From positions 16,244,001-16,308,000 of the forward strand of contig NC_135822.1 of the NCBI RefSeq assembly GCF_964213995.1: DNA of 64,000 bases, written 5' to 3'. Positions 48,878 to 60,837 of the stretch are shown here, one piece after another. The DNA is from Mustelus asterias. Lineage: Eukaryota. The position numbers were made by a program, and so were the translations under genes. The notes below the pieces were generated by a model. The model was given only the letters and a program-made list of their open reading frames with translations. It was not told the DNA's origin and did not search any database. Each line of letters starts with the position of its first letter. The stretch's first letter is position 1.

Positions 48878-49380
48878 GCCTCACGGCACCAAGAACCCAG
48901 GTTGGGTCACTGTCTGCGCGGAGTTTCCACGTTCTGTCTCTCCATGGGTTTCCTCCAGGTGCTCCGGTTTCCTCCCACATTCCGAAAGACGTACTGGTTA
49001 GATGCACTGGCCATGCTAAACTCTCCCTCAGGTGTACCTGAACAGGTACTGGAGTTTGTTTGTTTATTAGTGTCAGAGGCAAGCTTACCTTAACACTGCA
49101 ATAAAGTTGCTGTGAAAATCCCCCAGTCGTCACACTCCAGCAATTAGGGGATTTCCACAGTAATTTCATTGCAGTGTGAATGCAAGCCTACTTGTAACTA
49201 ATAAACTTCACTTTAGGGTGAAATCATCGAAAGACGTGCAGGTTAGATGGATTAGCCATGGTAAATGCATGGGGATAGGTGGATGAGATGGCGAAATGAG
49301 CTGGGCAAGATGCTTTTCTGGAGAGTCAGTGCAGACTCAGTGGACCAAATGGCCTTCTCCTGCACCATAGGAATTCTATG
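48878..49380 (+). mobile_element. Compound SINE cluster with an inverted tail duplication
   Basis: SINE body, then reverse-complement tail (49060-49140), forward tail (49145-49206), and a further SINE 3' part. Confidence 0.75.
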
Positions 49381-49484
49381 GTTTAAAAATGGTTAGAGAA
49401 GAGAGATCAGGTAAGCAGTAAATCTCAATATTAACTTTGCAATCCTAAATCATGTTCATCCATCACCGCTGTCCCCATTATTTA

Positions 49485-49705
49485 GGATGTGGAGATGCCA
49501 GTGTTGGACTGGGGTGGGTACAGTAAGAAGTCTCACAACACCAGGTTAAAGTCTAACAGGTTTATTTGGAATCTCAAACTTTTGGGGCGCTGCTCCTTCA
49601 TCAGGTGAGTCACTCACCTGATGAAGAGGCAGCACTCCGAAAGCTTGTGATTCCAAATAAACCTGTTAGACTTTAACCTGGTGTTGTGAGACTTCTTGCT
49701 GTGCT
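49485..49705. mobile_element. Palindromic Penelope-like terminal repeat pair with hammerhead motifs
   Basis: 49520-49610 and 49612-49702 are reverse complements of each other; plus-strand motif cacCTGATGA...GAAAgcttgtg at 49615-49649. Confidence 0.75.
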
Positions 49706-49719
49706 CATTTAGGTTAGCG

Positions 49720-50100
49720 CTGGCTATACCCCGATTTTAATGTCCTCATCCTTGCTTTCAGATCTTTCCACAGCCTCACCCCTCCCTCTAACCACCTCCA
49801 GCCTGAGATCACTGCACATTCTGGTCTCTTGCACATTCCATCCCGCATGTCGCACTGGTTGGTGGCTGTGTCTGCAGATGTTTAGTCCCTATTTCTGGAA
49901 TTCACGCCATAAACTCAATTGTTTATTTTCACCTCTCCTGCTTCAAGATGCTTCTTAAAACTAACTTCTTTGACCACTCATCCTGTCTCTCAGCCCTGTT
50001 CTAATATCCCATGTGGCTTAATGTCAAATTTCGTCTGATGACACTCCCGTCAAGCACTTGGCTGTTTCACGACGCTAAGGCACTATACAAATGCAAGTTG
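49720..50100 (+). mobile_element. L2 LINE 3' fragment
   Basis: Degenerate L2 3' end and tail (gcactatacaaatgcaagttgttg). Confidence 0.6.
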
Positions 50101-51949
50101 TTGCTATATTAGTTTTGAGTGATCAGAAGCATCAGTAACAGTTAATTGAATAAACTAGAACACTGAGCTGCTTCCACAGCAAGCCACATCCTCGTGACAA
50201 GTCTGGATGCCTCAACATGGCCGATAGCAAAAATTATTCATTCTTATGTTACTGTCACTCCATAGTTTTCCCTGGATACAAGGAATAAGTTTACACTTTT
50301 TCAAACTTATTTACCATGAAGTTTGCTAATCTTTTGATCAAAAAAGTGGATTAAGAGAACACTGCTCTTCCATCTTCACCTGCCCCCGTTCCTATTCAGT
50401 AAAACTCCGCAACTCATTCCAAATTCGGCCACAGCAGATTTTCAGTCGCCAAGGCTAATGCTGGTTTGGCACAAGTCCATACACATTCCAGACAAGTGCA
50501 GCAAGAACCAGATCAATGGCTAAATCATTGTCAACTTTGATCTAAATAGGCTCACATAACAGGGGACCGAGCAGCGTGGAGAGGAGTTTAGTTGCAACAG
50601 GCATCTATCAATATTTAAAGCACAATTCATATTCAGAACAAGTTCTTAAAGAGTTCACTGATAGAGATCCTGGACTCAAATGGAGGATGCCAGTTGCTTC
50701 CCAAGTACTGCAATTTGGCACAAATTCAAAAGACAGTGAAAAAAAGAGTGGCTTGCATTAGTTATTTTTACATACTTTACAGCAGAGGGTTCAAGAGTTA
50801 ACAGCAATTAATGGTACATTAGCAATATTTCCCTCAACATTGAGCAATGGAGTTCATTAGCATAATCTCTTTCCTTTTGTATTTTAATGGAAGTATATAT
50901 TCAAACCAATGAAGGAACACAGTATTAATTTGGAAACTAACATTCAAACAGAAACCAAAGCATTAACTCAAATTGATAAAGATTATAACTTAATTATGCA
51001 AGTCCAAGTTTGCATTACATTTTGCACTGGAATGTATTCCTGCCACAAGCCTCACCCATCTTCCCCAAATTTCAGCAACTTCAAGTCCTCAAGTACAATA
51101 GTAACCTTAAATAGGGCAACATAAGGAAATTATATTTCCAACTTTTTTGGCAAAGAGACTTTACTTCTACATTTACAGAGAGCAATGAGACCACAGTTAA
51201 ATAGCAGGTCAGGATAGGGATTTCCAGACATGTTTCAACAAGGGGATATCCTTCACACAGTTTGAGGGTCACTGCAACAGCTGCATAAAACTCCCCACTT
51301 ATTTTGCCCCACCCACATTGATCATGAACCCCAAGTTCCTTAAAACTTCCTAAATTCCCACCTCAAAGAGACTTTCCACAGGATTCAACACAAGCATTAG
51401 CAACACCTCATTCATTTTCCTTCCATACTCAGGACTTTATTCAGCCCAAATTTAAGCCACCAAGACGAATAGTGCTGGTTTGACTCAACTCCGCATACAT
51501 CCACTCATAAGCACATTTAAATAGCTACCAAATGCAGCATCTTCTGCAAATGCAAAGCCTTTTTTTGGACCAAAAATTAGCAACAAGTTACAATTCACAA
51601 CCTAAAAGCTACACATCAACTTAAGTTTTATAAAACAAGATTCAATGACAAAATATTTACAGCAATTCCAGGAATGAGACCTGAACAAAATTCCTTAACC
51701 GCAGACATTAGTTAAAACTTTAAAAAGGAAGCAGATATCCTTTCCAAATTGGTCAAGGACCAATTACAAAGCAACAGATTGCTTCCTTCTCTGAAATTAA
51801 ATGTCAAAGAAACTTTTGAGCTGTTGTCAAATCTAACTTTAGCACTTTGAAAACTGGTTTGAGATTTGGAACTGGTGGTGAATTTTAACATTTGGAGGAA
51901 AGAAAAGACTAAAATAAAACTTTATTAAAATCCCTGGTTCCTGGGCTGT

Positions 51950-52350
51950 GCAGCTGACGCTTACGGCCTTCCCCCCCAACAAAAGCCTGCGGCCTCGCCT
52001 AGAAGCCGGGGCGGGTGCACGGCCTCTCAACCGGGCAGGACACAGAGCCGGGGGATCGGTCAAAAGAAAAGTGATGGAAAGAAGCGGAAAAAGCAGATTA
52101 GCGGGAAGGGGGGACGGTAAAGAAGCGAAAGCTGAGGTAACGTCGGTACAAACTTACATGTTTCCCACAATAAACCGTCGATCAGAGCGCTGAGAGAGTT
52201 TGTCCTGCCACTTGGGTGTTGTCAGCAGTTTGGAGACGTCACTACTGCCCAACCCCCACCTCCTTGTGTCAACAGCAATAAAAACCCTCCTCCCCAAACT
52301 CAATACCTCACCCTCACCTGCCCCTTCTCCCTATTTCTCTCCAATGAGGG
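51950..52350 (-). promoter_or_regulatory. VAMP3 promoter / CpG-rich first exon-intron region
   Basis: Local CpG enrichment (51955-52190), CRE-like TGACGTC at ~52235-52241, GC-box-like runs, CCAAT at ~52341; adjacent to exon 1. Confidence 0.7.
52158..52159 (-). CDS. VAMP3: VAMP3 exon 1 coding part ('AT' of the split start codon); 5'UTR extends to about 52230-52250
   Basis: Minus strand reads GGGAAAC-AT|GTAAGT (consensus donor) in a CpG-rich patch. The AT joins the G at the start of exon 2 to give ATG; this split initiator is the known VAMP1/2/3 exon-1 architecture. Confidence 0.85.
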
Positions 52351-52565
52351 CAACACCCTGGGTCAACTTTAATTGGATGTTCCTAATTACCAAGCCTGCA
52401 AGGAAAGCTCCTCTTTTGGGCAGAACAACAACTTGCATTCACTTTGCATCTCCACAACGGGCCATTGACCAAACAAAATTTGACGCCAACATAAAGAGGT
52501 GTTAAGAGGACCAGTGGCCAAAAGAGGTAAGTTTTAAGAAGTGCGTTAAAGGAGTTAGTGAGATA

Positions 52566-52870
52566 TGCAGTAGTTAGCACTGCTGCCTCACAGCACCCAG
52601 GTTCAATCCCAGCCTCGGGTGACTTACTGTGCAGTATCTGCACGTTCTCCCAAAAACAAAATCTGCACGTTCTCCCCATGTCTGTGTGGGTTTCCTGCAG
52701 GTACTCCGGTTTCCTCCCACAGTCCGAAAGACGTGCTGGTTAGGTGCATTGGCCATGCTAAATTCTCCCTCAGTGTTCCCAAACAGGCGCCGGATTGTGG
52801 CGACTAGAGGATTTTCACAGTAACTTAATTGCAGTGTTAGTGTAAGCCTACTTGTGACACTAATAAATAA
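52566..52870 (+). mobile_element. HE1-like SINE
   Basis: Head to tail, with a small internal duplication of tctgcacgttctcc. Confidence 0.88.
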
Positions 52871-52999
52871 ATTTTAAAAATTCAACATTTTGTTTTAATG
52901 GGATAATGTTTCGTACTCGCCTCTCTTTTGAGCTTTGCTTTGTCAATCAGAATGCTGATTTTAACAGGACAGCATTAAAACTTATTCTGGTCACAAAGT

Positions 53000-53280
53000 T
53001 TTAGTTTATTTATTAGTGTCACAAGTAGGCTTCCATTAACACTGCAATGAAGTTACTGTGAAAATCCACTCGTCGCCACACTCCAGCACCTGTTTGGGTA
53101 CATTGAGGAAGAATTTACCATGGCCAATGTACCTAACCAGGACGTCTTCAGACTGTTGGAGGAAATCGGAGCACACGGAGGAAACACAGACACTGGGAGA
53201 ACGAGATAGTGACCCAAAACAGGAATTGAACCTGGGTCCCTAGCACCAAGAGGCAATAGTGCTAACCATTGTGTCACCGT
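53000..53280 (-). mobile_element. HE1-like SINE (inverted relative to 52566-52870)
   Basis: Reverse-complement tail to head. Confidence 0.88.
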
Positions 53281-53599
53281 AAGGTATTAGGAGAACCATT
53301 GACCAAAAGCTTGCTCAAAAGAGGTAGGCTTTAAGTGTGTTAAAGGTGGAAAGCAAATTAGTGAGATGAAAATTCAACATTTTGTTTTAATGGGATAATG
53401 TTTTGTACTCTCTCTCCTTTGAGCTATGCTTTATCAACCAGAATGCTGATTTTAAAAGGGCAGTATTAAAACTTAATAACCTCTGGTTACAAAGTCATAA
53501 AGATAATAACAGCCTTTCCTTTACCTTTTGGGAAAGCTGAGGAAATCAGCCTGGTCTGTTCCCAGAAGCAACACCACATACTAAACTCACATTTTATTG

Positions 53600-54600
53600 C
53601 AACATTTAAATTAGATTGATTTTGATGTATATGTTAAGAGAGGGAATTCCAAAGGTCTTGGCAGCTGAAGGCTCAGACGCCAGTGGTGGAGTGATTAAAA
53701 TTGAGGAACGCAGAAAACTGAGAGGTTTGTAAGGGTGGAGGAGGTTACGAAGGTAGCGATGAGTGAGGCCACGGAGGGATTTGAAATCAAGGATGAGAAC
53801 TTTAAAATTGATACGTTGCTTAACTGGGAGCCACTGCAAGTTAGTGAGCCCAATGACCTGGGCGAATGGAGCTTTGTGTGAGTGAGGACACAGACAGCTG
53901 AGTTTTGGATGGGCTCAAGTTCACTGAGAGTAGACCATGGGAGAGTGGCCAGAAATGTATTGGCATTGTGAATTCTCAAGGGAAAAAGAATGAAGGTTTC
54001 AGCAGCATATAAACTGAGGTGGAGTGGAATCCGGCGAGGTTACAGAGACGGAAGTAGACAGTCTTAGTGAAGATGTGGAAATGTGGTCAGAAGCCTGATT
54101 TGGGTCAGATATGACACTAAGGTTGTTAATAGTCTCATTTATCCTCAGATAGTTGCCAGTGAAAAGGATAGAAACTAGAAGCAGGAGTAGGCCATTTGGT
54201 CCTTCGAGCCTGCTCTGCCATTCATTTTGATCATGGCTGATCATCGAATTCAATATCCTGATCCCTCCCGCCTTTCTCCAATATCCCTTGATCCCTTCAG
54301 CCCCAAGAGCTATACCTAATTTCTTCTTAAAATCAGACAACGTTTTGGTCTCAACTACATTCTGTAGTAGTGAATTGGCTATGGAATTAGCCAATTCACC
54401 ATGATGACCACCAATGATAATGGTTTTGGCCTTTGCAGTATTTGTTTGGAGGATATTTCTGCTCATCCAATCTTGGATGTTGGTCACACTCACTGGAAGT
54501 TTAGAAACAGCAGAGGGGTCGGGAAGGAGGTGGTGAGGAGGAGCTGGGTATTTTCAGCACATATTTGAAAACCGATGCTGCGTTTTCAGATAATGCCACC
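53600..54600 (-). mobile_element. L2 LINE fragment interrupted by a CR1 3' piece (~54170-54375)
   Basis: QWLPVKQRINFKVLIL.FKSL.GL...YL and IQDWMSRN.LQ.N.AK motifs typical of L2 ORF2. Confidence 0.75.
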
Positions 54601-54764
54601 AAGTGGCAGCGGAACAAAGGATCTCTCGTGGTACACCCACTTTCATCATGAAGCAGCAAGAACAGTCAGCCCTGCCTCAGTGGGCACCAGGCAGTAAGAA
54701 CATCAGCCCTGCCTCAATGGGTAACACTCTCGCTGTTGTGTTAGAAGGTTGTGGGTTCAAGCCT

Positions 54765-55125
54765 CCCTCCCATTGACTCTGTCTACACTTCCTGCTGCCT
54801 CAGCAAAGCAACCAGCATAATCAAGGACCCCACGCACCCCAGACATACTCTCTTCCACCTTCTTCCGTCGGGAAAAAGATACAAAAGTCTGAGGTCACGT
54901 ACCAACCGACTCACGAACAGCTTCTTCCTGCTGCCATCAGACTCTTGAATGGACCTACCTTGCATTAATCGTTCTCTACACCCTAGCTATGACTGTAAAA
55001 CTACATTCTGCACTCTCTCTCGTTTCCTTCTCTATGGACTGTATGCTTTGTCTGCATAGCGTGCAAGAAACAATACTTTTCACTGTATACTAATACATGT
55101 GACAATAATAAATCAAATCAAAATC
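54765..55125 (+). mobile_element. Rex1/Babar-like LINE 3' fragment
   Basis: IIKDPTHP.H.LF.LLPSGKRY.SL..RT.RL.NSFF motif; (AAATC)n tail. Confidence 0.85.
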
Positions 55126-55959
55126 AAGCGCCACTGCAGAAACTTTAGGCTGATACTAGCAATGCAATGTTGAGGGCGAGCTGCACTGTCAGAGGTGTTC
55201 CGGTGTGAAACAGAGGCCCTTTCTACCCCTCAGTGAATGTAAAAGCTCCTATTTTTGAAGAGGAGTTGGCGAGTTCTCCCTGGAGACGCTGAGGATGTGA
55301 GAGGCACTATTGTAAAATGTAAGTTCTTTCTTATTTGTTTCTATAAACTATAAATCAGTTTGTTCCTTTGCTCTTAAATTCTAGAATGGGTTAATAATTG
55401 TTAGCAGTATGGCACCCAGTGTCAACTCCCAGGTTGACTTTCCATCTGCCTTGTGTGGGGAAGAACCTGATTGAATGCAGCCCCCATAATGTGGCCAAGA
55501 TAGAGAATTCAACACATTGGCAATGACAGACACAAACCTATCATCCTTTACTCTGTGGCTTAGCTCATGATTGTACTAATATGCTTTAATACTTTATCAT
55601 CCCCTGACACAATAATGTATTTAAACCACACTGAAATAAAGTATAATTTCTTAAGATTAGATACTGTATAAAGAATTATTCTGGAGAAAAGTGTGAACAA
55701 ATTCTCTAGCTTGACCTGCTATTGGAAATATAACCAGAAACAGTTGCTTTGAAATTTACTTCCAGCCTCTTAATTTCTCCTCTCCTTTGGGCCCCAACAC
55801 TCTGCATCTTGTCATAACAGAGAGAACCATGCAGTTCATGCACTGGAGTCATAGGTAATAAATCAAATATTCTTCTCTCTGATAGAGTTCCTCACTCTGG
55901 ATAATGACGGGATAATAAGTGATTCAAGGGCAATGGTTTTGTTTACGTCATCTTAATTT

Positions 55960-56540
55960 TGGGTGGCTCAGTGGTTAGCACTGCTGCCTCACAGTGCCGG
56001 GGACCTGGATTCAATTCCAGCCTTGGGGGACTGTCTGTGTGGAGTTTGCACGTTCTACCCGTGTCTGCGTGGGTTTCATCCGGGTGTTCCAAAGGTATGC
56101 GGGTTAGGTGGATTGGCTATGCTAAATTGGATCTCACTAACTGTTCTGTCTGGAGACCATACACATCTCTTTAACCTGTGTTGAATGCTCCCTCCACCCA
56201 CATTATCTGTACCTTTAAGACCTGGCTGGCTGTAGAGATTTGCATTCTAATTAGTATTCTGTAACTTGATTTCTGTGTCTGTGCACTGTTGGAGAACAGA
56301 TATCCACCCCATCTGACGAAGGAGCTGTGCTCCGAAAGCTTATGGTATTTGCTACCAAATAAACCTGTTGGACTTTAACCTGGTGTTGTGAGACTTCTTA
56401 CTATGCTAAATTGACCATCAATATTAAGTGGATTAGCAGGGTAAATATGTGAGGTTACAGGGATAGAGCCTGGGTGGGATTGTTGTCGGTGCAGGTTTGA
56501 ATGGCTGAATGGTCTCCTTCTGCACTGGAGGGATTGTATG
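55960..56540 (+). mobile_element. HE1-like SINE split by a Penelope-like insert
   Basis: The SINE resumes after the duplicated CTATGCTAAATTG. Confidence 0.8.
56130..56400 (+). mobile_element. Penelope-like insert with hammerhead motif (56309-56345)
   Basis: 13-bp TSD CTATGCTAAATTG (56117-56129 and 56401-56413); CCAU-CUGACGA-A-GGAGC(UGU)GCUCC-GAA-AGCU-U-AUGG. Confidence 0.78.
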
Positions 56541-57254
56541 ATTGATTCATAATTATTTGTTTTTAGATTGTATACAGAGAACCTGCAGAGGATGTTTTAT
56601 ACTCATTGCTCTCTGTGATTTAATGGAGGTAAAAGCACCTTCTATCTCTGAAACTGATCTTCATCGATCAGAAAGGTCCCAGGTTTGATCCTGAGTCGGT
56701 GGCGATGGAGCTGATCTCAGATGGCATGACTATAAGCATTGGCTGGGATGGGTTTAGGTGCAGAAGGTGGAGGTGTTGGTCTGGTGTGGGTGTTAGTTAT
56801 GTGCTGAGAGTTACAATCAAAATTTGCCCGCCCTTGTGGGAAAGGAACCAAGTTGGGAATCTGAGGATGTCACCAAATCTGATCTGAAAGCCAAGCCTGG
56901 AGGTTAACGTGGCCCACAAAGGTTGCCAACCCTCCAGGATTGTCCTGGAGGCTCCAGGAACTAATGATTAATCTCCAAGACACTGTCAGGTACAAAGAAT
57001 GGGGGAGGAAAAATCATTCAGGTGTAACAATGTGAATTTTTAATTTTCTTGAAACGTTTATTAATTATAAAAGTACTGGAGATGGGTTTAAGAAAGCTGT
57101 TTGACTCACAGCCGAGCATCATCCAATCAGATCATTCAGGCTTGCTTTCTGATTGGCCAAGGAAAGGTAGGGAGCTCTGAAGATGGATGTGTCAGATGAC
57201 TAATGTCTGACTTGGTGGGGTGGCTGTGGAAGCAGGTTTCGGTGGAATTCCCAA

Positions 57255-57472
57255 GACTGTTCGGGAACACTGAGGGAGAATTTAGCATGGCCAATGCACC
57301 TAACCAGCACGTCTTTCTGACTGTGGGAGGAAACCGGAGCACCCGGAGGAAACCCACGCAGACAATGGGAAGAATGCGCAAACTCCGCACAGACAGCGAC
57401 CCAAGTCGGGAATCGAACCCGGGTCCCTGGTGCTGTGAGACAGCATTGCTAACCACTGTGCCACCGTGCCAC
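57255..57472 (-). mobile_element. HE1-like SINE
   Basis: Reverse-complement head and body. Confidence 0.85.
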
Positions 57473-58338
57473 CCAAATGGCACTCAAAGTTTCTGGAAAA
57501 AGTGAACTAATGGTAGATCCCTCCAAAGTTGAGGGTTGATTTCTCAAACATATCTCACTGCTAAAATGAATTTCCACTCATGTGTGTATTTCTACAAGAT
57601 TCAAGTTTTTGCACAAACTACTGAATTCATCATTGGCAAATTTTCCTTCATGTCTGTTCAAAATTTAGCTGGTGTTCCCATCTCTGTTCCTATCCATTAC
57701 TTAACTGATAATTAATTTCTTGTCTTTACTTAAAATGAACAATTATAGGCCAAATTTAATTGTTACATCTACCAAATGAAGTAATATATTTTTTCTTTAT
57801 CACATACTTTGAGATCCGTTGCTACGTTTCATTAGGGGAAGGTGGTGGTGCAGTGGCATTGTCACTGGACTAGTAAGCCAGAGACCCAGAGCAAGATCTG
57901 GGGAACCCGGGTTCAAATCCTGCCACAGCAAATGGTTAAATTTGATGACCATGAAACCATTGTCGTTTGTTGTAAAAATTGACCCAGTTCACTAAAGTCC
58001 TTTAGGGAAGGAAATCTGCTGTCCTTACCTGGCCTGGCCTACATGTGCCTCCAGGGCCACAGCAATAGAAACATAGAAGATAGGAGCAGGAGATGGCCAT
58101 TTGGCCTTTCGAGCCTGCTCCGCCATTCATTACGATCATGGCTGATCATCCAACTCAGTAGCTTAATTCTGCTTCTTCCCCATAACCTTTGATCCCATTC
58201 GCCCCAAGTGCTGTATCCAGCCGCCTCTCGAATACCAATGTGGTTGACTCTCCTCTGAAATGGAGGACAGTGAGGGACAGGCAGTAAATGCGGGCCCAGC
58301 CAGCAATGCTCACAGCCTGTAAAATGAATTTTAAAAAA

Positions 58339-60837
58339 TTAAAGTCTCTCACCCCTTACTACTGGTCGCGATAGCGTTTCCCTGTACTTTTTACAAATAC
58401 CACATTTTTCACTTGTATACAAGTCTAGTGTATTCTTCATCCAGTACCCTGCATCCTTTAACAAAATCTTCAACCTGTGGCCAGAGGGATGTGCAACCTG
58501 ATGTAGTTTTGTAACAATTTGCTTCTTTTTAAAATCCTTATCCCCAGCTGCCATTCATACTCTAACATTTAGTCTTGAGATGATGAGACTTAAAGGAATA
58601 CAATAATGTCCCAAGTGTGTAAATTGCAAATCTACAGATCTCCCACTGACAATCGCTTTATTGTGCTCCTCATCCAACTTCATTTGGGCCTTTTTCATTG
58701 AAGGCTTCCTTGCTATTTTATGTTGAGTTGCTATTATTTTTGGTGATTTCAACAGGTTTCTATCACCGAACCTGAAACAAGTAGAACTGTTTTATTCTTT
58801 GACTTTGGTCTTCCTTACTTCAAAGAATCCATGTAACAGTTTTAGCCACTCCACATATCGTACATGTAGGCCCACTATCCAGAACTGCGCAATTGAACAA
58901 ATCTGGAATTAGGATATTCATTGCTGGAGTTTCTGGTGACGAGTACAATTGCTTTTGGTTAGTTGGCGTTGTCCTCATTGCCTTCTGTACCTTCCATGGC
59001 ATGCGTTGTCGCAAATATCCAGTTTTTCATTTTTGGAAAATTCAACGCACAATGATAATTAAAGTCGCTTTGAAGCACCTATTGATCACCCCACCCAATT
59101 ATTCCTGGGGTTCACCCACCTACCAGAACTGCCCAACTCCTGTTGCCCGTTATAGACCTCAACTGGGTCTCTGTCGTCACACGTTTAGTTTGTAATTCTT
59201 CTTTCATACAGATTTTGGGCCCTATATTCGAACGGTCTCACGATGCTGCTAGCATTGTATCCTCCGTCTTTGGTGTCACTGTTGAAAAGCCCGCTTAAAC
59301 GATATAAGTGGCCAAAAATGAATGCTTTCCCAAAATGTCTTTTTTTAAGGCCAAGATCCAAAAGTGTATCCCTTGCTTTGAATTTGACTCTGGTTAAAAA
59401 CAAGAGCCTGTCCATGTTTGATATCCTAGCATAGTCCAATAACTTAAAGGCAAGAATGGATTTAAGGATTTCCAAGTGGAATTGCTGCCATCTCATATTC
59501 AGTCGGCTAAATTCCATGCCATATTCTTCCACGGAAGAATCATTCATTTTATAAAATTTATCAAAGTCCAACCACTCATAAACATTCAATAACTCATCTT
59601 TCATAGAAATTTTATGTGAAGCTCAAGAGAATATCCAAATCTTCTTCTTCGTTTAGTTCCTGAGTGTCTAGTTCCACGAACACTGTGCAACTGATCGTGC
59701 TGCTGGCAGGAAGCAAAAGTGCCAGCTCCATCTCTTGCTTTCTTTTCACTAACCTGTGTCCGCACATCAACTTTATTTTTTCATTGATTGTAAGGCTCCG
59801 TTTCACAAAACAAGTGGTGGAAAATCAGATCCTGCTGCCCTTTCAGTCATCTTTCTTCAAAGAACCTTCAATTACAGTCTACTCTCAAAAAATAACTCCA
59901 ATACTAGTCTTCCAACTGGAAGTAAACCTTTGTAAATCACTTCCAGGCAACCATCCTTCAAACTTCAAGTTTTTAGGTGTCCAGATCACCAACAACCTGT
60001 CCTGGTCCCCCATGCCGACACTATAGTTAAAAAAGCCCACCAACGCCTCTACTTTCTCAGAAGACTAAGGAAATTTGGCATGTCAGCTACGACTCTCACC
60101 AACTTTTACAGATGCACCATAGAAAGCATTCTTTCTGGTTGTATCACAGCTTGGTATGGCTCCTGTTCTGCCCAAGACCACAAGAAACAACAAAAGGTCG
60201 TGAATGTAGCCCAATCCATCACGCAAACCAGCCTACCATTGACTCTGTCTACACTTCCCGCTGCCTCAACAAAGCAGCCAGCATAATTAAGGACCCCATG
60301 CACCCTGGACATTCTCTCTTCCACCTTCTTCCGTTGGGAAAAAGATATAAAAGTCTGAAGTCACGTACCGACTGACTCAAGAACAGCTTCTTCCCTGCTG
60401 CCATCAGACTACTGAATGGACCTACCTTGCATTAAGTTGATCTTTCTCTACACCCTAGCTATGACTGTAACACTACATGCTGCACCCTCTCATTTCCTTC
60501 TCTATGAATGGTATGCTTTGTCTGTATAGCAAGCAAGAAACAACGCTTTTCACTGTATACTAATACATGTGACAATAATAAATCAAATCAAATCAAATCC
60601 GCTGCTACCAAATATCAGTGGAATTCCCAAACCTGGTTGTGAAGATCACACTAAGACGAGGATGCTTTGGTGGAAATTGTTTATTGCTTGCCACAGAGCT
60701 TAATTCTCCCTTCACTAGCTGGCTCGTCATATAAACATCTGAATATAATTAACTGATCAATACCCAAAAATCTGTTCACCTTATTACCTTAATCTAAGTA
60801 TTCAACATCCATCAACAGAATCTATTAGATACTAACA
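58339..60837 (-). mobile_element. Degenerate Ty1/copia LTR retrotransposon 5' part (GalEa-like): LTR-PBS-gag-protease-integrase zinc finger
   Basis: Gag-like (DFDKF...VEEYGMEF...LAFKLLD), protease AVLDSG, integrase HHCC (KLH..AHP...LLKDAG...CGIC) directly after protease. PBS TGGTAGCAG; short LTR ~60613-60837 starting TGTTAGT with AATAAA. Confidence 0.8.
59957..60596 (+). mobile_element. Rex1/Babar-like LINE 3' fragment inserted into the copia PBS
   Basis: FKFLGVQITNNLSW, RLYFLRRL.KFGMS...FYRCTIESILSGCITAWYG; (AAATC)n tail; ATCC repeated at both ends. Confidence 0.9.
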
